Below, one piece after another: positions 7,621-13,694 of a stretch of DNA of 13,694 nt. Positions within the stretch are counted from its first letter, which is position 1. Each line of letters starts with the position of its first letter. Origin of the DNA: Polyangiaceae bacterium (GTDB lineage Bacteria; Myxococcota_A; Polyangia; Polyangiales; Polyangiaceae); assembly GCA_044222475.1 (NCBI GenBank), contig JBGANF010000180.1, positions 1-13,694 on the forward strand, written 5' to 3'. The notes beneath the pieces were generated by a model that searched no databases, was not told the DNA's origin, and worked only from the letters and a program-made list of their open reading frames with translations. Both the position numbers and the translations under genes were made by a program.

Positions 7621-8409
7621 TCACCGATCGCGCGACACCACCAGCGGGTGCAGCGAAACCTCGACGACGAGCTTGATTCCGGCAGTCATCGCGAAGGGGT
7701 GCTCGCGAAACGCGCGGGCGACGCAGGCGGCGGTGGCCTGGTCGCCGAGCGGAGGGCCGGCGTCGCTCGCAGAGGCGTCAGGGAGCGGCTCAACGGTGAT
7801 CGCCTCGGCGGCATCCGATGTCGAGTCGCGGCTGATGGCGAGGCGCAGCGTGCCACGCGCAGAGGCGTCGACCCAGAGCGCGTTCAGGTAGCAGTCCCAG
7901 ATCTGGACGTTGCGGTCGGAGTCCCAGTCGTGAAGGCGCTCGTCGAGAGCGGATGCGTCGGCGTCGCGTGGGGATTCGACGACGCGGTACTCGGTCCACG
8001 GCCAAGGCAGGTCGAGGAGCTCGAGGGTGCACTCGGGGATGGTGCCGAACTTCGTGCATCCGTTCGCGCGCGGGTCGATGGCGCCGACGAGCTCGCTGGT
8101 GTTGCGGTCGTAGTACTCGACGATGGAGGCGTCGGTCTTGACGTCGCGTTGGGTGAAGACGTCGTACGGGCCGCAGGTGCCGAGGCGGCCTTCTTCGGTG
8201 ACGTCGACGCGGCTCGCGTGGCGCGTCGCTCGGCGCGAGAGGAACGACTTGCAGTCGCGGCGGCAGTAGTCGGGGTGGATGGGAGCGGGGCACCCGAGCT
8301 CGGCGTCGACGTCGTCGGACTTGCTGCAGTGCTTGCATCCAGCGGCGGACACGAGGGCGAGGGATGCGCCGAGGAGCCAGCCGCGCCGGAGGGTGAGCCG
8401 CGCCGTCAT
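7621..8409 (-). CDS. Exported or lipoprotein, 262 aa, with a Cys-containing N-terminal domain and an AgmX/PglI (TonB-C-like) C-terminal domain
   Basis: Signal MTARLTLRRGWLLGASLALVSAAG-C; C-terminal pattern IWDCYLNAL..ARGTLRLAISRD...ACVARAFREHPF. Start moved from 8655 to ATG 8409. Confidence 0.75.
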   Translation of the reverse strand: MTARLTLRRGWLLGASLALVSAAGCKHCSKSDDVDAELGCPAPIHPDYCRRDCKSFLSRRATRHASRVDVTEEGRLGTCGPYDVFTQRDVKTDASIVEYYDRNTSELVGAIDPRANGCTKFGTIPECTLELLDLPWPWTEYRVVESPRDADASALDERLHDWDSDRNVQIWDCYLNALWVDASARGTLRLAISRDSTSDAAEAITVEPLPDASASDAGPPLGDQATAACVARAFREHPFAMTAGIKLVVEVSLHPLVVSRDR

Positions 8410-8416
8410 GCGACGA

Positions 8417-8422
8417 ACATTA
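8417..8422 (-). promoter_or_regulatory. -10 hexamer TAATGT, 7 nt before ATG 8409
   Basis: Minus strand reads TAATGT-tcgtcgc-ATG. Confidence 0.6.
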
Positions 8423-8509
8423 CACAGCCGAATTGGACGCGGGATCGAAACGAGATCGAAACCGTCAACCGCGCGTCGGCGACCACGCGCCGAGCACGTT
8501 ACGTTCGCG

Positions 8510-8515
8510 TACCAT
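8510..8515 (+). promoter_or_regulatory. -10 hexamer TACCAT, 7 nt before ATG 8523
   Basis: TACCAT-ccacccc-ATG with no SD. Confidence 0.6.
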
Positions 8516-8522
8516 CCACCCC

Positions 8523-9062
8523 ATGCGTACTTCGCTTCTCCTCTCCCTCTCCCTCGTCGCGTGCGGCGGCACCTCTTCGACGACGGGCAGCGACGCTTCC
8601 GCCGATGCCGCGCCCACGGACGCCGGGGCGGACACCACGCTCTCCAAGTCTCCACCCGATCCCGGAAAGCTCGTCTGCGGGACGACGACCTGCACCCCCC
8701 CGGGCGAGCTCTGCTGCTACTCGTCGATCGCGCCCGGAGGCGCGGCCGACCATTGTGCGACGAGCACCGCCCAATGCGGCGCGCCCAACATCGCGTGCGA
8801 CGAGACGGCCGACTGCGCGCCGGGTTCGGTGTGTTGCACCGGCGTCGCCGTGCTCCCGAAGGACGCGAGCGTGTCGGGGTTCGAGGCGGCTACGTGCCAA
8901 CCCGAAGCCACCGCGTCGTGCATCGAGAAGCAAGGAGTCGGCTCGAGCAGCGTCCAGGTCTGCAAGACGGACGCGGAGTGCCGAAACGGAAAGCCGTGCG
9001 TCGTCCAGAGCTGCTACGGCAGGGTGCTTCAGACGTGCGGAGTGGATGCACAGTGCAAATGA
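8523..9062 (+). CDS. Cys-rich lipoprotein, 179 aa, with three 6-Cys modules
   Basis: MRTSLLLSLSLVA-CGG; DASADAAPTDAG linker; 18 Cys. Start moved from 8433. Confidence 0.85.
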   Translation: MRTSLLLSLSLVACGGTSSTTGSDASADAAPTDAGADTTLSKSPPDPGKLVCGTTTCTPPGELCCYSSIAPGGAADHCATSTAQCGAPNIACDETADCAPGSVCCTGVAVLPKDASVSGFEAATCQPEATASCIEKQGVGSSSVQVCKTDAECRNGKPCVVQSCYGRVLQTCGVDAQCK

Positions 9063-9083
9063 AGTGCGCTCGGATCACGTCGC

Positions 9084-9656
9084 TCACGGGGGGATCGGTG
9101 CGATTCCTTCCGGTCCGAGTGAGAACAGATGCGGGGTGAGCGGCTTCGGCTCGCCGGCTTCCTTTGCGGCGATCATCGCTTGCATCGCGCTCCGTTGCTC
9201 CGGACCCCCGTCGGGAAAGACCACCATCGAGCCGCGATGGGGAACGGAGACGCAGAACGGTCCTTCGCCGAGGTGACGCGCCACGAAGGCGTGAAGGTCG
9301 GGCAACATCAAACAGCTCGCTGCGCGCCAATCGCCTCCGAAGAGCATGAACGGAACGCCGTTGGGCCCCGTGAACCGCGCGATGCCCACCGCGCCCGCGC
9401 GTAGATCGTCCGCGAGGTTTCGCTGCGCCTCGGCGATCAGTTGGTCGGGTGTTCCGCGCTCCGCGAGGTCCTCGGGGATGTGAATCTCGGCGATGCCGTG
9501 CTCCGCGGTGGCTTCGAACGACTCCGCGAGCGCGAGGTAGAGATCGTGACCGAGGTGTCGAGGCGCCGGCTCGTTCGGATCGCGGTACTCGAGGTAGCCC
9601 TTCGGGATGAGGTAGGGGACGAACCGGCTCGCGGTGTGCATCGGCTCTGCGGTCAT
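9084..9656 (-). CDS. DUF1444/YtpQ-like protein
   Basis: Motif order GDWRAASCLMLPDL...VSVPHRGSMVVF...PLTPHLF resembles DUF1444. The CDS is clear but the family call is moderate. Confidence 0.7.
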   Translation of the reverse strand: MTAEPMHTASRFVPYLIPKGYLEYRDPNEPAPRHLGHDLYLALAESFEATAEHGIAEIHIPEDLAERGTPDQLIAEAQRNLADDLRAGAVGIARFTGPNGVPFMLFGGDWRAASCLMLPDLHAFVARHLGEGPFCVSVPHRGSMVVFPDGGPEQRSAMQAMIAAKEAGEPKPLTPHLFSLGPEGIAPIPP

Positions 9657-9681
9657 CGTGCTCTCGACGTGGCGCGAGGGA

Positions 9682-10266
9682 TCAGCCTTTGCGCGCTCGG
9701 CGCCTCGCTCGAATGAACTTCTGGATGGCTTGCCGCGTGATCCGCAGGAGCTTCGCCGCTTCGGAGCGGTTGCCGCTCGTCATCGCAAGCGCCTCCTGCA
9801 CCATCGTGTTGCGCAGGCCCGCCTGGAGCTCACGCAGCGTCTGCCTGCCGACGTACGTCTTGACGAGGGCCTGGAAGCGGAGGTCCGCCTCGGTGATGCG
9901 CTCGATGGCGCGCAGCAGCTGGTCGACCGAGAACGGCTTCGTCACGAACTGCACGACGCCGAGCTGAGCGAGCCCGAACGCCTCTTGAGCGGTCGCTTGG
10001 CCGCTCATCGCGACGATGAGCGGTGCCGGTGCGGACCTCGATGCCGCGACGGCGACGTCGATGCCGGACCCATCGGGCAGACCGACGTCGAGCAGAACGA
10101 GATCGAACCCCGTGGGCAAGAGCTCGAGCGCAGCGGCGAGCGTCGGGGCTTCGACGATGGTGTGTCCCGTGGATCGCAAGGCTCGGCGGATGCCGTTGCG
10201 CACCGCCACGTCGTCCTCGACGAGCAAGATGCGACGGATGTGGCGAGTCACCGGCGATTCCGTCAC
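9682..10266 (-). CDS. Response regulator, REC plus Fis-type HTH (RegA/ActR/PrrA-like architecture)
   Basis: LLVEDD, phospho-Asp in VLLDVGLPDGSG, MSG and FVTKP; HTH GNRSEAAKLLRITRQAIQK; no AAA+ domain. Confidence 0.92.
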   Translation of the reverse strand: MTESPVTRHIRRILLVEDDVAVRNGIRRALRSTGHTIVEAPTLAAALELLPTGFDLVLLDVGLPDGSGIDVAVAASRSAPAPLIVAMSGQATAQEAFGLAQLGVVQFVTKPFSVDQLLRAIERITEADLRFQALVKTYVGRQTLRELQAGLRNTMVQEALAMTSGNRSEAAKLLRITRQAIQKFIRARRRARKG

Positions 10267-10349
10267 GAGGCCCCCAGTCGCATCCAGCGTGGAGGATAAC
10301 GCGGCGCGACCGCTCGCGCAGGTGCGCGAAGTTGGCTATCGCATCCGCC

Positions 10350-10371
10350 GGGTGCAACCTAGGTTGCACCC
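10350..10371. promoter_or_regulatory. Perfect 22-bp palindrome GGGTGCAACCTAGGTTGCACCC, a likely operator
   Basis: Exact self-complementarity with no loop, 84 bp upstream of the regulator start. A TATCCT hexamer lies at 10298-10293 on the minus strand. Confidence 0.7.
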
Positions 10372-10452
10372 CCAAGAACTCCGGTGAAACGATGTTGCGG
10401 AACCCGCCACCGGGACCAAGTGCCTCGGTTCGATGACGAAGACGAGTAGGCG

Positions 10453-10485
10453 AACCGCCGCCCTGGGCGAAACAGAGCGGCGGTC
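10453..10485 (-). terminator. Stem-loop just after the EF-G stop, probable terminator
   Basis: Minus strand gaccgccgctctg-tttcgcc-cagggcggcggtt gives a 13-bp stem with two G-U pairs that form only on this strand. The U tail is weak. Confidence 0.7.
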
Positions 10486-10495
10486 CTCGTGGTCG

Positions 10496-12502
10496 TCATC
10501 CACCAAGCACGCGAGTCACCTCGCGGTCGGGGACGACGTCGTACGTCTCGGGCTTCATCGCCACGCTTCCCCGACCGTGAGTCAGGTTGCGCAGATCGCC
10601 GACGTAGCCGAAGAGGTTCGCGAGCGGCACCGACGCCTCGACGAGGCTCGTCGCCGGGCGCGGGGTGATCTTGCGGATCGATCCCCGACGCGACGCGAGG
10701 TCGCCGATCACGTCTCCCACCGAAGCCTCGGGAGCCGAGACTTCGAGCGCCATGATGGGCTCGAGGAGACGCAGACCCGCCTTCGTGGCGCCTTCGCGCA
10801 CCGCCGCAAACGCGGCGATCTCGAAGGCGAGCGCGGACGAGTCCTTGACGTGAGTGTCACCGTCGACGAGGCGGACCGAGAGGTCCACCAGCGGAATGCC
10901 GTGCCGAAGTCCGCGCGTGGCAGCGGCGCGGACGCCTTTCTCGACACCGGGAACGAACGCCGCCGGAACGACGCCGCCCCGCGTCGCATCGGCGAACGCG
11001 AGACCGCTGCCCCGCGGCGCCGGCTCGATCTCGAGGACGACGCGCGCGTACTGGCCGGGCCCGCCGCCCTGCTTCACGTGCTTGTAGTCTACACGTGTCG
11101 CACGAGCGAGGGTGTCGCGATAGGCAACCTTCGGAGCCGAGAGTCGTACGAAGACCCCGGCCAGGCCGAGGTTGCTCTCCACGATCTCGACGTGAAGCTG
11201 ACCCATCGCGCAGAGGATCGTCTGGCCGGTCTCGTCGTCCACGCGAACGCGGAGCGACGGGTCGTCGGAGACGATGCGGGCCAACGCCTCGCCGAGGCGA
11301 TCGCGATCCTCGTTGGTGCGTGGCTCGAGGGTGACCTCGAGCACGGGGTCGGGGACTTCGATCGATTCGAGCGTGACGGGCCGTTCGGGGGCGCACACCG
11401 TGCTGCCGGTGCGCGCGCCCTTGAGGCCCATGATGGCGACGATGTCGCCGGCGTGGGCCTCCGTGATTTCCTCGCGATCCGCGGCGTGGACGACGAAGAG
11501 ACGTCCGACGCGTCTGTGCTCGCCATCGGCGAGCACGGCGTCGCCCTTCTTCAGCGTCCCGGAGTAGATCCGGGCGAGCGCGAGCGAACCGCGCGCGTCG
11601 CTGACGGTCTTGAAGACCAGCGCCGCGAGAGGCTCGTCGGCGCTACCACCCGCCGGACGTTCGTCGGGAGACGGGAGGTAGAGCGCGATCGCGTCGAGGA
11701 GGGGCTCGATGCCGCGGTTCTTGTACGCCGATCCGCAGACGACCGGATGAAGCGCACCTGCGAGTGTCCCGCGACGGATCGCCGCGACGAGGGTGAGCTC
11801 GTCGGGAGACTCGCCGCGCGACCACGCGCCGAGGAGAGCGTCCGAGTGTTCGGCCGCGGCTTCGACGAGCGCGTCGCGCATCGTGCGCGCGCATTCGAGC
11901 GCTTCGCTGGGGATGTCGCGCTCGACGAGCGAGTCGTTTTCCCAGACGAGAGCTCGAAGGCGGACGAGGTCGACGACACCGCGGAACGCGCCTTCTTCTC
12001 CCAAAGGAAGTTGAAGAGCGACGGGGCGTGCGCCGAGTCGTTCGCGCATGGACGTGATGCAGTCGTCGAAGTTGGCGCCGACCTTGTCCATCTTGTTGAC
12101 GAACGTGAGTCGCGGGACGCCGTAGCGTTCGGCCTTGTGCCAGACGGATTCGGACTGGCACTCGACCCCAGCGGACGCGTCGAGCACGAAGACGGCGCCG
12201 TCGAGGACGCGGAGCGAGCGCTCCACTTCGATGGCGAAGTCGACGTGGCCGGGCGTGTCGATGATGCGGAGCGTGTAACGCTCGCCGCGGACGTCCCACG
12301 ACGTGGTGACGGCGGCGGCCGAGATGGTGATCCCGCGCTTGATCTCCTCGGGATGGAAGTCGGTGGTGGCGGTGCCGTCGTGGACTTCGCCGCGGCGGTG
12401 GATGCGGCCGGTGTAGAAGAGGAGGCGTTCGGTGCAGGTGGTTTTGCCTGCGTCGACGTGGGCCATGATGCCGATGTTTCGGATGCGTGTGCGTGGGGGC
12501 AT
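10496..12502 (-). CDS. fusA: Elongation factor G, divergent paralog outside the str operon
   Basis: RNIGIMAHVDAGKTT, RGITI, DTPGHVDF, NKMD, GSAYKN, KQGGGPGQYA and LLEPIM. All five domains are present and no rpsL, rpsG or tuf is nearby. Confidence 0.96.
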   Translation of the reverse strand: MPPRTRIRNIGIMAHVDAGKTTCTERLLFYTGRIHRRGEVHDGTATTDFHPEEIKRGITISAAAVTTSWDVRGERYTLRIIDTPGHVDFAIEVERSLRVLDGAVFVLDASAGVECQSESVWHKAERYGVPRLTFVNKMDKVGANFDDCITSMRERLGARPVALQLPLGEEGAFRGVVDLVRLRALVWENDSLVERDIPSEALECARTMRDALVEAAAEHSDALLGAWSRGESPDELTLVAAIRRGTLAGALHPVVCGSAYKNRGIEPLLDAIALYLPSPDERPAGGSADEPLAALVFKTVSDARGSLALARIYSGTLKKGDAVLADGEHRRVGRLFVVHAADREEITEAHAGDIVAIMGLKGARTGSTVCAPERPVTLESIEVPDPVLEVTLEPRTNEDRDRLGEALARIVSDDPSLRVRVDDETGQTILCAMGQLHVEIVESNLGLAGVFVRLSAPKVAYRDTLARATRVDYKHVKQGGGPGQYARVVLEIEPAPRGSGLAFADATRGGVVPAAFVPGVEKGVRAAATRGLRHGIPLVDLSVRLVDGDTHVKDSSALAFEIAAFAAVREGATKAGLRLLEPIMALEVSAPEASVGDVIGDLASRRGSIRKITPRPATSLVEASVPLANLFGYVGDLRNLTHGRGSVAMKPETYDVVPDREVTRVLGG

Positions 12503-12522
12503 GATGCGGAGCTTTCGTGGTG

Positions 12523-12580
12523 AACAATCCTAGAGGAATGGTCCACGGAGCAACAATCCTAGAGGAATGGTCCACGGAGC
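12523..12580. repeat. Perfect 29-bp tandem duplication (aacaatcctagaggaatggtccacggagc x2)
   Basis: Copies at 12523-12551 and 12552-12580 are identical. Confidence 0.97.
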
Positions 12581-12603
12581 TGCGCGAGGCGACGCACGAA
12601 GCA

Positions 12604-12640
12604 CCGAGACCGGCTCGCTGAGGAGCGGAGCCGGACTCGG
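12604..12640 (-). promoter_or_regulatory. Attenuator-like hairpin in the EF-G leader
   Basis: Minus strand ccgag-t-ccggct-c-cgct-cctc-agcg-agccgg-t-ctcgg gives 15 Watson-Crick pairs and starts 7 nt after the uORF stop. Confidence 0.7.
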
Positions 12641-12647
12641 GAAAGCA

Positions 12648-12710
12648 TCAGAAGACGCGCCGCCTGGAGTCCGACCCCGCAGGGCGAAATTCGAGGAGGG
12701 GCCGCTTCAT
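12648..12710 (-). CDS. Putative leader peptide MKRPLLEFRPAGSDSRRRVF (20 aa)
   Basis: ATG 12710 to TGA 12648, directly followed by a hairpin. Parts of it are complementary to the hairpin arm and to the EF-G RBS and start. Too short for the ORF track. Confidence 0.6.
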   Translation of the reverse strand: MKRPLLEFRPAGSDSRRRVF

Positions 12711-12787
12711 GATGGGGGAGGACGGTTCGAGTAGGCGCTTCCTGACCCCATCGGGAATCGCGCTGCGGATCCGAGCCCACGAACGAG

Positions 12788-12793
12788 TAGACT
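12788..12793 (+). promoter_or_regulatory. -10 hexamer TAGACT, 7 nt before ATG 12801
   Basis: TAGACT-gcccgag-ATG. Confidence 0.62.
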
Positions 12794-12800
12794 GCCCGAG

Positions 12801-13295
12801 ATGACACCAACGCCCCTGAGAGCCTCGGCGCTCGCCGTTCTCCTCCTCGCTGCCTGCGGCGAAAGTTCGGCGGTGGTCGATGGTGGAACCGACGCGAGCG
12901 CTGACTCGACGTCCGATGCCGGCTGCATCGACGTGTTCCTAGAAGGGACGGCGTGCTCGTCGGGCGACAAGGCCTGCGCCCGCATCGACCTCTGTTGCAT
13001 GAGCACGTTCGCGTGTGAGCTCGGCAAGTGGAAGCTACGCAACCCGACGTGCAAGCAGTGCCAAGGGCACCCGTGCGGCCCGATCACCTGCCCTGGCGAA
13101 AACATGTGCATCACCCGCCCGTCGGTCATCGACGGCGGGGCCCCCGCCTACGACTGCATTCCGTACCCGACTGAGTGTGCGCGCGACTGGACGTGCGGAT
13201 GCGTCGAGCAGCACCTCCCGTCGAACTGCACCCTCGCGCCGAACAGCTGCACCGACACGAACTTCCCCGTGCGGTTCACGTGCATCGGATCTTGA
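12801..13295 (+). CDS. Cys-rich lipoprotein, 164 aa
   Basis: Lipobox LLAA-CG; linker DGGTDASADSTSDAG; 18 further Cys. Confidence 0.85.
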   Translation: MTPTPLRASALAVLLLAACGESSAVVDGGTDASADSTSDAGCIDVFLEGTACSSGDKACARIDLCCMSTFACELGKWKLRNPTCKQCQGHPCGPITCPGENMCITRPSVIDGGAPAYDCIPYPTECARDWTCGCVEQHLPSNCTLAPNSCTDTNFPVRFTCIGS

Positions 13296-13354
13296 AGCCG
13301 TTGCTGGGTGGGCGCTTCTTATGCAGACGAGCTGCGCATGGGAAGCCGTGCAGC

Positions 13355-13360
13355 TAGAGT
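13355..13360 (+). promoter_or_regulatory. -10 hexamer TAGAGT, 7 nt before GTG 13368
   Basis: TAGAGT-gatcgtc-GTG. Confidence 0.55.
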
Positions 13361-13367
13361 GATCGTC

Positions 13368-13652
13368 GTGGATTCGCGCCTCGCTTGCCTAGCCTCACTC
13401 GTTTTCCTCGCTTGTGGCCAGGTGGCCGACGGCGTGGACGCGGCTTCTGATGCGGCGGCGGAGACCGATGGGCGGAATTGTCTGCCGAACGGCGCGTTCG
13501 AGCCCGATATCAGTCCGCCGTACTGCTGCTCACGGCACGCCATCCAGAACATCTGTGTCCAGACCTGTTTCCCGCACGGAAACGGCTGCGACCTCCCCGA
13601 GGCAACGTGCTGCTCGGACGCGGACACGTGCATTGACGGGGTCTGTCGCTGA
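13368..13652 (+). CDS. Small lipoprotein, 94 aa, with two tandem knottin-like modules
   Basis: MDSRLACLASLVFLA-CG; DAASDAAAETDG linker; one 4-Cys and one 6-Cys module. Start moved from 13308. Confidence 0.78.
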   Translation: MDSRLACLASLVFLACGQVADGVDAASDAAAETDGRNCLPNGAFEPDISPPYCCSRHAIQNICVQTCFPHGNGCDLPEATCCSDADTCIDGVCR

Positions 13653-13694
13653 GCGCTCACGCGGCGTGCACATCGTTCCGTCATCGCGCCACCC

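Noticed and set aside
7606..9276. 556-aa plus-strand ORF
   Set aside because: It overlaps two lipoprotein genes that have clear signals and promoters, and reads as a shadow frame.
10433..12523. 696-aa plus-strand ORF
   Set aside because: It is the antisense shadow of EF-G, common in high-GC genomes, and has no recognisable motifs.
11551..12575. Two minus-strand ORFs both starting MDHSSRIV
   Set aside because: The shared start is only a by-product of the 29-bp duplication. Both are off-frame inside EF-G and low complexity (Arg-rich or Ser/Thr-rich).
12523..12580. 29-bp repeats as a CRISPR array
   Set aside because: There are only two abutting copies, with no spacer and no cas genes.
4372..13652. 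Cys-rich ORFs as RiPP precursors or multiheme cytochromes
   Set aside because: No maturation enzymes or transporters are present and there are no CxxCH motifs. Lipoboxes, or the DUF1272 match, explain them better.
13653..13694. Possible 3' end of a convergent gene at the right edge
   Set aside because: The segment is too short to fix a frame.
1..13694. tRNA, rRNA, IS element, integrase or prophage
   Set aside because: I saw no such motifs, terminal inverted repeats or att-like duplications by eye.

Overview
High-GC bacterial DNA, probably Myxococcota (Polyangiales-like). That assignment is inferred from an AgmX/PglI-type domain and many Cys-rich lipoproteins with DAS/DAG linkers. The window is a mixed accessory region of about 17 genes: a cytochrome P450 split by a 1-nt frameshift, a GNAT acetyltransferase, a Uma2-DUF1272-YiiX operon, a divergent membrane-anchored LuxR/DUF2231 pair, an orphan REC-Fis regulator under a perfect 22-bp palindrome, three orphan immunity-like genes, six disulfide-rich lipoproteins, and a stand-alone divergent EF-G paralog. 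The best candidate for an undescribed system is the EF-G 5' region. It holds a 20-codon leader ORF whose stop-codon region is complementary to the EF-G RBS and start, alternative hairpins and a perfect 29-bp tandem duplication, ahead of an EF-G with substitutions in the drug-binding domain III segment. Separately, eight start codons sit 6-8 nt behind a TAnnnT hexamer, pointing to widespread leaderless transcription. All family calls come from motif recognition by eye, with no database searches.
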